This document shows positions 18,142 through 30,100 of a DNA stretch of 59,146 bases, in pieces (positions within the stretch are counted from its first letter, which is position 1; each line of letters opens with the position of its first letter). This DNA comes from Thermoanaerobaculia bacterium. GTDB lineage: Bacteria > Acidobacteriota > Thermoanaerobaculia > Thermoanaerobaculales > Sulfomarinibacteraceae. The stretch is taken from contig JAMOVQ010000026.1 of NCBI GenBank assembly GCA_027067575.1, positions 1 to 59,146 on the forward strand. The letters are read 5' to 3'. Position numbers and translations under genes: made by a program. The notes under the pieces are model-generated. The model had not been told where the DNA came from, did no database searches, and was given only the letters and a program-made list of their open reading frames with translations.

Positions 18142-21100
18142 ATGGTCGGGAAGAATGGATCGTTGATTCGGACGGTGCTGGCGGGGCTCGGGGTCCTGAT
18201 GGCCGCTGCGGTCTGCGTGGCACAGCCGGTGCCAACGGTGACGATGGATGTGCCATCGGAGGTGATGCTGGGCGAACAGGTGTCGTTCACCGTGACCTTC
18301 GACAACACGTCGGCGACCGACCCGGGGTACGGGCCGATCATCGACCTGGTGTTCCCGGTCAACGGCGCCGATGGTGCGGCAGGGACGGACACGCCGGATG
18401 GAATCTCCTTCGTCTCCGCCTCGTACCTGGGCCAGCCCGTGGACGTGACGATCCGGACCTTTCCGGATGATGGGGGAGGCGTCGGCTGCAGGCGGCACCC
18501 CTTCTTCATGAAGCCGAATCATCGCCGGAAGTGGGTATGCGGAACTGCGGGCGACACGCTCGTCGTGCTCAAGCTTCCGTTCGGCTCCGTCGTTCCAGAC
18601 CAGCCTCCGATCACGGTGGACGTCACGGCGAATCTGTCGAACCTCGCGGATCTGCAGGTGCCGTTGCCCATTCATGCCAGGGGAGGGTTCCAGTACGGCG
18701 CCGATCCGCTCGATAACCCGTGTTGCGATTCTGTGATCGTCAATCCGGACGATTCCGACTCCTCGTCCTGGCCATCCTCCTCCGTCACCCCGATCCTCAT
18801 GCGGATCTCGAAGATCGGCCTGTCCCCCGACACCCTGGCGCCGGAGGACGAGACCACCGTCGGTCCCGGGTTCGAGCGGTGGTTCCAGATCACGGTGGAC
18901 GTGGCCGACGGTCAGACGATCACGAACCTCGACGTGACCGACATCCTCCCCGACAACGTCCAGTTCGTGGCGGTGACGGCGACGCAGGTCAACGGTTCGG
19001 ATGTCTCCACGACGGCTGTCGCGACGCCGAGCACCACGACGCCGGGTGGAACCCTGACGCGACGGTATGCAACGGTGACGGGGACGACGGGCGCCAACGA
19101 CGTGGCGCTGGTGTTCCGGTACTACGTGCCGCGTCTCGATGCCAACGGGAACGAGACGATCCCCGAGGGGTCGTGCTCCAAGGTCCTGGGGTTCAACGAC
19201 GCCGCTACGCTGGGTGACTGGGATCCGATCGATCCCCGGGATCCGTCTGGAACGGACAACGCGGGGATCGATCCCCCGGGACACGAGGCCGGGTTCTCTG
19301 GCAAGACGATCGCCGTGCAGGAAGATGCGGCCATCGTGAACGATCTCGGCGCGGCGGGGGCGACGCCCGGCGACACGGTGGAGTACATCGTGGAGTTCCA
19401 GGTCTCGGACGTGATGGCGTTCGACAGCCTCCGGCTCGAGCAGGTGATCTCGGACGGGCAGCGGTTCGACACGTCGTTCACCCCGACGATCCAGGTCAAT
19501 GAGCACGGAACCTCGACGGGACCGGCGGCGTTCGATGCGGCGAACTTCACGGTGACGGATCATTACACGGGGTCTCCATCCGCCGTGGCGCCCATCGACG
19601 GAACCCAGACCGTGGAGTTTCGTGTGTCCGACGAGATGGTGCATCAGGGGCTCGACGCCGCGGTTCTCGGAAACTGCGTGCCCGATGGCGGGACCGGAGG
19701 CGGTCCTCCCGACTGCTCGGTCTATTCCGGAGGCAAGGCGAAGGTCCGGGTGGTCTTCCGGACCATCATTCAGGATCAGTTCACCGATGACTACCCGTCG
19801 GGCGATCCCTCCGTCGATCAGGGCGATGAGCTGACCGGTGATGTGGACGTCTACGGTAACCTGCTCGACCCCGAGGATCTGACAGCGACGGGGAGCACGT
19901 GCACCGACGACTCCGATGCAGGTGTCACGATCGTGCGGGGGAACGTCACGAAGGAGGTCTATGCCATCAACGGGTCCACCTCGTTCCAGACCCCGGTGCT
20001 GGTGGCGCCGGGCGACGAGGTGACCTACCGGATCCGGTACACGCTGGCGACGTCGGATTTCGAGAGCCTGGTGGTCCGGGACTTCCTGCCGCTTCCCGTG
20101 TTCATGGCGACGGACGTGACGACGTTCACCTCCGTCGTGGATGGTTCCATCCCAGCAGCGGGCGAGGCAAAGTACGGCCCGGACGACACGTTCCACGCCT
20201 ACTCCGGAATCGACCCGACCCTTTCGACCAATGCGGCATCCAACGCCGTGGTGTTCGATTACGGGGATTTCGACTCGGCGTCGAACCAGGCGACGGAGAT
20301 CGATCTGCTGTTCACCGTCAAGGCGACGGATGAGCCGTACGCCGACGGCATGGTCCTGATCAACCAGGTCCGGGTGCACGAGGGATCGACCAACGCCGAG
20401 GAGTCGGACGACGATGCCATTGCACCCGTGACGCTCATGATGCCCCGGCTCGTCGTCCGGAAGGGGGCGTGCCAGACGGACAACCCGGACGAGCAGTACG
20501 ATCCGCCGCTGTCCGGCGGGGGGTGCCCGGGGCAGGTGACGTCCGATGACCTGGCCAACGATCCGGCGCTCTCGGATTCCGACGTGTCCGGTATCGACGT
20601 GGGCGACCACATGACGTTCTCCATGACCATCGAGAACCAGGGCGGGGCGGGAGCGTTCGACATCACGATCCACGACGTCATGCCGCCAGGGTTCTGTCTG
20701 CCCGGCTGCACCACGGCCGATCCCATGTGCGCCGCCGGAGCGTCGGGGCTCAACTTCTCGGTTGTCCGGGGAGACGGGTTCGTTCCGACGTGGGTGCCAC
20801 AGGGAACGTACAACGACGACAGGGACCTGTTCTCCAACGGCCTGATGCTCGACGATTCGGCCGGACAGCCGCTCTTCCAGCCGCACGATCCGGCGGCGGG
20901 GACCAACACCCTGACCATCAGTTACGAGCTGGAAATCTGCGACATCTCTCTCGTCCCGGGGTCGTTGCTCGCCAACCAGGGGGGTGTCAGCAGCTTCGCG
21001 AGCCGGGAGGGCGGACCGAACTTCGTCGATCCCAACAACCCCGTGGACTACACCGACCAGGCCACGATGACCCTGGCCATGCCTCAGTTCGCCAAGGCGC

Positions 21101-24100
21101 TCGTGGGGACCTCCATCACCGACTCGGTCAACGCCGCCGACGAGGTGGTGATCGGCGAGATGGTGACGTACCAGCTCACCCTCACGGTGCCCGAGGGAAC
21201 GATGCCCTCGACCCACATCGTGGACACCCTGGATCCCGGCCTGGCGTTCGTGGACGTGGTTTCCGTGGTCTATTCCTCCTCGGACCTGACATCGACCAAC
21301 ACCATCGGGATCGGTCCGAATCCGTCCAACGTCACCGTCGGAGCGAACGGATCCAGCCTCGATTTCGATTTCGGCGACCTGGTCAATGCAAACACGGACA
21401 ACACGGTGGACGAGACGGTCACCGTCGTGTACCGCGCTGTGGTGCTCAACATCGCCGCGAATCAGGCGGGGACGACGCTGGGCAACTCGGCCTCGGTCTC
21501 GTGGACCGATGGCACGCTCGGACCGGTCTCCGCCGCCGATGTGGCGGTGATCGAGCCGGCGATAGCGATCGACAAGAACGCCTCCCCGACGGCGGTCGAT
21601 GCCGGCGACGTCATCACGTACACCGTCAACGTGACGAGCCCCAACGATCCGTCGGCGGCCTCGGCGATGGACGTCGTGGTGACCGACACGCTCCCGACCG
21701 GGATGACCTACGTGGCCGGATCGCTCGGAACCGGTACCTGCGCCACGACGCCCACGGCGCTGGACGACAGCAGTGCTCCGGCCCTGACGGTGACCTGGGC
21801 CTCATTCCCACCGGGTGGCTCGTGTGAGATCACCTACCAGGCCACGGTGGATCAGAGCGTGGAACCCGGACAGGGGATGCCCAACACGGTCACGGATACC
21901 TGGACGAGCCTGCCGGGCGATCCGGGCCAGATCTCGGCCCACAACGGCGACGCCACCGAACGGAACGGTTCGGGTGGTGTCAACGACTACACGGGGACGG
22001 ACTCGGCGACGGTGACGGCCCGGAATGTCGACCCTGCCAAGTCGGTGGGGACGACCTCCGAGAGCTTCACGTCGGGAACGGACGTCGCCGTGGGTGAGGT
22101 CGTCCGGTACCGTATGGTGATCGAGCTGCCCGAGAGCACGGTGCCCGATCTGCGCCTGCAGGATGTTCTGCCAGCAAGCCTGCAGTTCATCGACGACGGC
22201 ACGGCGCGGCTCGCGCTGGTCTCCAACGGGAGTCCGATCACGTCGACGGAACCTGCCGGCTCCACGCTGGGGCTGGCACTGGGCAACGGTCCGTTCGGCA
22301 GCGGTCCGTGGGTCCAGGGGAACGATCCCACGGCGGTGACGCCGACCTTCGTGCTGCCCGACGCCAACATCGGATCCGATGGCTCTCTGACGAACGATCC
22401 GGACAACTGGGCGCCCGGGACGGACGTCTTCTTCAAGCTTGGAGATCTCGTCAATCCGGATTCCGACACCGATTCGGAATGGATCGTGCTCGAGTTCAAC
22501 GCCGTGGTGGTCAACACCGCGGACGTCAGTAACGGCACGGTGGTGAACAACTCCTACCTGGTCCTCTCGGGTTCCGACGAGCTTGCGGACTCCGGGCCCG
22601 CCGGGATTCCGTCGTTGACCGTCCGCGAACCGGCGGTGATCGACCTCGTCAAGACCGTCACGCCGACTTCCGGCGACGCCGGGGACACGGTGTCCTACCA
22701 GATCACCTGGTCCAACTCCGGGACCGCCACGGCCTGGGACACCGACCTCGTGGACGTCATCTCCTCCGGACTGGCGCTCAACGCAAGCTCTGTCACCATC
22801 ACCCTCTCGGGCGGCGCGACCGGGGCCACCGATCTGACGGCGGGCAACACGGTCCACGTCCAGGTGACCGAGATCCCCGTCGGTGGCTCGGTGACGGTGA
22901 CCTACACGGCAACGATCGAGACGAGCGTGGCGCCGGAACAGGTGCTGTCCAACTCCGTGGACCTGACCTGGACCTCGCTGCCCGGCCAGAACGGAACGAC
23001 GGGCAACCCCACGGGGTCCGATACGCCGGGTGGTCCGGGTTCGGACACGGGTGAGCGCGATGGATCCGGCGGGGTCAACGACTATTCCGCCTCGGATTCG
23101 GCCGACGTGACCATCACGTCGCCGGAGATCACCAAGACCGTGGCGTCCACGTCGGAGCCTTCCACGGGGATGAATCAGGGCGGCGTTCAGCTGCTGACCA
23201 TCGGCGAGACGGCGACGTTCTCGATCACGATCACGTTGCCCGAGGGCACCACGCCCACGGTGGTCATCACCGACTCGCTCCCGGCCAACGCCACCGGGGT
23301 CATGGAGGTGGTCTCCACCTCGGTCGACTCCATCGGCGCGAACCTGACGCCGGCCAACAGTCCGGCGGTCGTCACCATCACCGACGCCAACCTGGGCGAC
23401 GGGATCAACGACACGGTGAGCTTCGACTTCGGACAGGTCCAGAACGCGCCGGACGGCGTGGTGGACGACAACGATCGGATCACCGTGTCGGTGACGGCTC
23501 GCTTGAAGGACGTGCCCAACAACTCGAACGGCAATGTGCTGACCAACACGGCACGGCTCCAGTACGGAACGGGGCTCCAGGCGACCGACACGGCCGACGT
23601 GGAGGTGGTGGAGCCCGAGCTGGACGTCAGCAAGACGGCCTCGCCCACCACCGGCGACGCCGGGGACACCATCACGTTCACCGTCACGGTGGACCATGCG
23701 GGCACCTCGACGGCCGACGCCTTCGACCTCGTCGTGACGGATCAGATTCCCACGGACATGACCTGGGCCGGAAACGTGCAGACGGTTTCCGGACCCGCTC
23801 CGACGGTGGATACCTCCGGGTTGCCCACGGTGACGTTCTCGTGGGATGATCTCGCGCTGGGCGCGGGACCGTACACCTTCACCTTCGATGTCACACTGGA
23901 CACCACGGTCCAGCCGCAGCAGGTGATCACCAACACGGATGGCCTCACCTACGACACGCTCCCGGCGGACAACGATCCCGAGGAGCGGGACCACTCCGAC
24001 TCCGACTCGGCCAGTGTCACGATCTCGGCTCCAGGTGTGACCAAGACGGTCACATCGACCTCGGTCACGGCCACAGGGAATGGATCGGATTCGGAACCCG

Positions 24101-27100
24101 ATCTGACCATCGGTGAGCAGGTCACGTACGAGATCACCATCACGGTGCCCGAGGGCACCCTGAACCAGACGCTGGTGGTGGACGATCTGCCCACCGCACC
24201 GGGGCTTCTGGAAGTCGTCTCCTCCCAAGTCACGGCGATCGACGGTGACATGACGTCGTCCACGGGGCTCGGCGTCGGCTCGGCGGGAACGGCCTCCGAT
24301 CCCAACGGCGACGGCCGAAACGAGCGGGTGACGTTCGACTTCGGCACGCTGGTCAACGGTGTGGGCGGCTCCAACACCATCACGATCCAGGTGGTGGCCG
24401 TGGTGCCCGACGTGCCCGTCAACCAGGGCGGGCTGGACGGGCTCGTCAACACCGCGTCGGCCTCCACCTCCGGGGGCAGCGCGGTCAGCGGCACGGCCGC
24501 CGTGGACATCGTCGAGCCCGAGCTCGAGGTCACCAAGACGCTCGTCACGCCGTCCTCGCCGTTCGGCGACGCGGGCGACACGTTGACCTACCGGATCACG
24601 GTGGAGCACACCGCCGCCTCCTCGGCCGACGCGTTCGACGTGACGGTGGACGACGTCCTGCCGGTGGGACAAACCTACGTGACCGGGTCGCTCACCGTCG
24701 TCGATGGGCCTGCGCCCACCGAGGACACCTCGGGCCTCCCCGGCTCGGTCGTCTTCACCTGGCCGACCATCGCGCTGGCCGACAGCCCGGTGGTGATCGA
24801 GTACCAGGTCACGCTGGACGCCGGGGTCCATCCGGCCGAGACTCTGACCAACACGGCTCTGCTCTCCTGGGACTCGCTGCCCTCCGGGGCACCGGGCGAC
24901 GGCGGGGCCAACGATCGGGACGGGTCCGACTCGGACAACGCCGAGATCACCATCGACGCGCCGGCGCTGGTCAAGGTGACGGGGGTGTCCTCGCTCTCCG
25001 ACACCGGTCAGTCCCAGCACGATCCCACCCTGACCGACCTGGCCATCGGCGAGCAGGTGACGTACGAGATCACCGTCACGGTGCCCGAGGGTATCACCCA
25101 GTCGGCCGTCGTCACGGACTCGGTCCAGGCCGACGCCAACGGCGTGCTCGAGGTCATCGGAGCCACCGTCGTCTCCATCGGCGGCAACCTGACGACGACC
25201 CAGGCAGGCACGCCCACGTTCGCCGACAACATGCTGGGCGACGGACTCGATGACACGGTTTCCTTCGACTTCGGGGACATCACCAACACCGCGGACGGCG
25301 TCACGAACGACGACGACCGGATCGTGCTCGAGGTGACGGCGCGGGTCGTGGATCTTGCCGCCAACGCCGACGCCGACGAGCTCGTGAACTCCGCCAGTCT
25401 GACCTACGCCACAGGCCCGGCGGTGGACGACACCGCTGATATCGACGTGGTGGAGCCGGTGATGGCCATCGACAAGACCATGGGGACGCCGGTGAACGGC
25501 GTGGTGCCGATCACCGTGACGCTCTCCAACACGGGAACGGCGCCCGCGTACGACGTCCGGGTCACCGACGCCTTCGCCGCGGCCACCTGGGATACGGCGT
25601 CCATCGCGCCGGTCTCGATCCCGTCAGGGTTCACCTTCTCGGTTTCCGGTGCGCCGGGCGATGCCACGGTGACCATCGCATCGGATCCGGGAGCCTCGCC
25701 TCCGTCGTCCTCCATCGAGCCGGGTGAGGCGGTGGCGTTCACGTTCCAGGCTGCGTTCGTGGCCGACGGGGGGACTCCGGCGACGAATCCGCTGACCAAC
25801 ACGGCCACCAACGACCAGGCCACCACGCTCCCAGGTGACAACACCTCCGAGCGTGAGGAGCCCGACGTCTCCGACCAGGCGCAGCTCGCGCTGCCGTCCA
25901 TCGAGCTCGACAAGAGCTGGTCCATCGCCCCTGGCGGCGACCTGGATGGCTCGGGGACGGCCTCGCCGGGCGACATCCTGCGCTACACCATCACCGTGAC
26001 CAACTCGGGCCAGGGCGCGGCGACGAACCTCGCCATCACCGACCCGATCAACGATCCGAACCTGACACTCGTCACCGGTTCCGTCACCGCCGGCTCGGGT
26101 GCCGTGATCACGACGGGCAACAACGCCGGCGACACGGCTGTCCGGGTCGATTACGCAAGCTTCGCCGGTGGTACGAGCGACACCATCGCCTACGACGTCC
26201 AGGTGGCAGACCCCGTGGCTTCGGGGGTCTCCACACTGACCAACTGGGCCGCCGGTGATTGTGACGAACTCGACTCCGAGCCGTCCGACGACCCGTCCAC
26301 GACGGACGACGACGATCCGACCGTGGTGCCGCTCGACGCCGCTCCGGACATCGCCGTGGCCAAGGACGACGGTGTGACCGAGGTGCGCCCCGGCGACACC
26401 ATCACGTACACCGTGACGGTCTCCAACGTGGGCAACCAGGACGCCACCGGCGTCGTGCTGACCGATCCGGTTCCCTCCGGCACGGCTTTCGTCTCCGCTT
26501 CCGACGGCGGGACGGAGTCGGGCGGGACCGTGACCTGGCCTGCGTTCGATCTTGCGGCGGGCGATTCGGCCCAGCGGACCCTCGTGGTCCAGGTGAACGA
26601 CCCCGCCCCGGCGGGCCAGGCCACCGTGGCCAACACGGCTCATGCCGCCGACGACGGGGCCAACGGCACCGACCCGGATTCGGGCAACAACGATGCAACG
26701 GACACGGACACCCTGATCCAGGCGGACCTTGGGATCACCAAGGCCGATAGCCCGGATCCGGTCCGCGCCGGCGAACAGGTGACGTACACACTGACAATCG
26801 TCAACAACGGTCCGTCGGCCGAACCGAACGCCGTGGCGACGGACACACTACCGGCACAGTTCACCTTCGCCTCGGCCACGGCCAGTCAGGGCTCGTGCAC
26901 CGAAGCCGGCGGTGTGGTGACCTGCGCACTGGGCGCCATGGCCTCCGGTGCGACGGCCACCGTGACCATCGTCTGCGACGTGCCGGCGAACGTGGCAGCC
27001 GGTTCGTACACCAACACGGCCTCCGTGTCGGGCGACGAGTCCGACCCGGTCTCCACCAACGACACGGCGTCCGAGGACACCTCCGTTGTGGAGGAGGCCG

Positions 27101-30100
27101 ACCTGGCCATCACCAAGACGGACTCTCCGGATCCCGTCACGGCGGGCGAGCCGCTGACCTGGACCCTGACCGTCACCAACAACGGCCCGTCCGACGCCAC
27201 GAACGTGGTGGTCACGGACACCCTGCCCGCGGGCGTGACGTTCGACTCGGCCGACGCCGGGTGCACCGAGGCCGGCGGGACCGTCACCTGCACCGCTACG
27301 AACCTGGCGGCCGGTGACTCCGCGAGCTTCGACGTGGTGGTCACGGTGGATCCCTTCACCACGGGCACCATCCAGAACGCAGCCTCCGTGACGGCCGACC
27401 AGACCGACACCGACACCACCAACGACACCGACGACGAGGACACCGCCGTGGAGACGCGGGCGGACCTCTCGGTGGTCAAGGACGCTCCGGCGACAGTGGC
27501 TCGCGGCGACGATCTGACCTACACCATCACGGTAGCCAACGCGGGACCGTCCGATGCGGAGAACGTCACGCTCTTCGATCCGACACCGGGCGGACTGACG
27601 TTCGTCTCCGCCACGGCGCCGTGCACGGGCGGGTTCCCGTGCGACCTCGGCACCCTGGCCGCGGGCGCGTCGGTGACCCTGACGGCAACCTACACCGTCC
27701 CGGCGGACTACTCAGGGGCCGATCCGATCCTCAACACGGCCTCGGTGGCCACGGACACCGTGGACACCGACTCGACGAACAACTCCGACGACGGGACCAC
27801 GGCAGTGGACCGGACGCCCGAGTGTGACGTCTCGGTGGACAAGACCGGACCGCCCTCGGCGGCGGTGGGTTCCACGGTGACGTACACGCTGGTGGCATCC
27901 AACGCCGGCCCCGACGCCGCGGCGGACGTGGTGCTCGACGACCCGGCGCCGGCGGGGTTGACCTTCGCCTCGGCCGACGGGCCGTGCGCTGGCGGGTTCC
28001 CGTGCACCCTCGGGACGCTCGATCCGGGGCAGACCGTGACGGTCCACGCGACCTACGACATCCCGGCGTCCTACACGGGCTCCGACATCACGAACACGGC
28101 CACGGTGACCACCACGACGGACCAGACCGACACCACCAACGACTCGGACGACGAGACCACACCCATCGGGGCCGACCCCGTGGACCTCGTGGTGGACAAG
28201 CAGGGGCCCACGGCGGCCAACCCCGGTGACGACATCACCTACACCATCACCGTGACCAATCGCGGCCCCGGCGACGCCACGGGCGTGACCGCAACGGACA
28301 CCTTCCCCGGCGACGTCACCTGGGTCTCCGACAGCTGCGGCAACGACTTCGCCGACGGCGTCTGGAACATCGGGAACCTTGCCGCCGGTGACTCGGTGAC
28401 CTGTGAGATCACGGCCCACGTGGATCCCAATGCGGCGGGGCCGCAGACCAACAGCGTGACGGTCTCGGCCAACGAGGACGACAGCGACACGAGCAACAAC
28501 ACCGACGACACCATCACGGGGCTCGGTGCCGAGGCCGCCGACGTGGCCGTCGTCAAGACCGGCCCGGCCCGGACCTACCCGGGGAGCGACCTGGTCTACA
28601 CCCTGACCGTGACCAACAACGGTCCGGGGCTTGCTGCCAACGTGGTGCTCGACGATCCCACCCCGACGGGACTGACCTTCGTCTCGGCGTCGGCGCCGTG
28701 CGCTGGCGGGTTCCCGTGCACCCTGGGCAACCTGACCTCGGGTTCCTCGGTCTCGATGAGCGTCACGTTCCAGGTTCCGACGAACTACTCGGGTCCCGAC
28801 CCCATCGTCAACACGGCCTCGGTGACCACGGACTCCCAGGATGCCGACGCTGGAAACGACACCGACGACGCCTCGACGGACTACGTGCCAGAGGCCGACG
28901 CTTCCATCGACAAGGACGACGGTCAGACCACCGCCGTCCCGGGCACGACGATCACGTACACCATCACCGTGGGGAACGCCGGTCCTGGAGAGATCGTCGG
29001 TGGTACCGTCACGGACACCTTCCCGGCGATCCTGACCGGGATCTCCTGGACCTGCACGGCGTCGGCCGGCAGCTCCTGCACGGCCTCCGGCACGGGCGAC
29101 ATCGCCGACACGGTGACGATCCTGCCGAACGGCACGCTGACCTACACGGTCACCGCGACCATCGTGCCCGACGCCACCGGAAACCTCGTCAACCAGGCGA
29201 CGGTCACGCTTCCCAACGGCATGACCGATCCGGACCCGGCCGACAATACCGACGACGACACGGACACACTGACGCCTCAGACCGATCTGACCATCGTCAA
29301 GACCGACTCGCCCGACCCGGTGCTCGAGGGTTCGAACCTGACCTGGACGCTCGACGTCACCAACAACGGCCCGTCGGACGCCACCGGTGTGACGGTGACC
29401 GACCCGCTGCCGGCCGGCGTGGCGTTCCAGTCGGCCACGGCCAGCCAGGGCACCTGCTCCGAGACCGGTGGCGTGGTCACCTGCGACCTCGGCGACATGG
29501 CCGCCGGGACCACGGCCCAGGTCCAGATCGTCGCCATGGTGGACTGGAACGAGCCGGGTCCGATCCAGAACTCGGCCTCGGTCTCCGGTGACCAGGACGA
29601 TCCGGACGGCACCAACGACACGGACGACGAGCCGACGGACGTGCTGTACAGCCAGCTCGACGTGCTCAAGACCGTGTCGCCGCCGCCGGACGGCGAGGCG
29701 TACCGCCCCGGGGACGTGATCACCTGGACCATCGTCACCACCAACTCGGGCAACAGCCCGGCGGCGAACGCCATCCTGGGCGATCCGTTGCCGGTCGGGG
29801 CCGCCTACGTCCCCGGGTCGCTGACCCTCGACGGGGTGGCGCAGACCGATGCCGTGGACGGCGACGCCGGTTCGTACGACGGCGCCACGCGGACCGTGAC
29901 GGTGGACCTGGCACCGGTTCCTGCCAACGGCGGAACCCGGACCATCACCTTCCAGACCGAGCTCGTCGGGTACACGGGCAACCCGCCGACGACGATCTGG
30001 AACCAGGCCACGGTGGACACCCCCGGCGGCACGGTTCCCTCGGACGACCCGGACACCTCGGAGAACGACGATCCGACGGACGTCACCATCGAGTCGGTTC

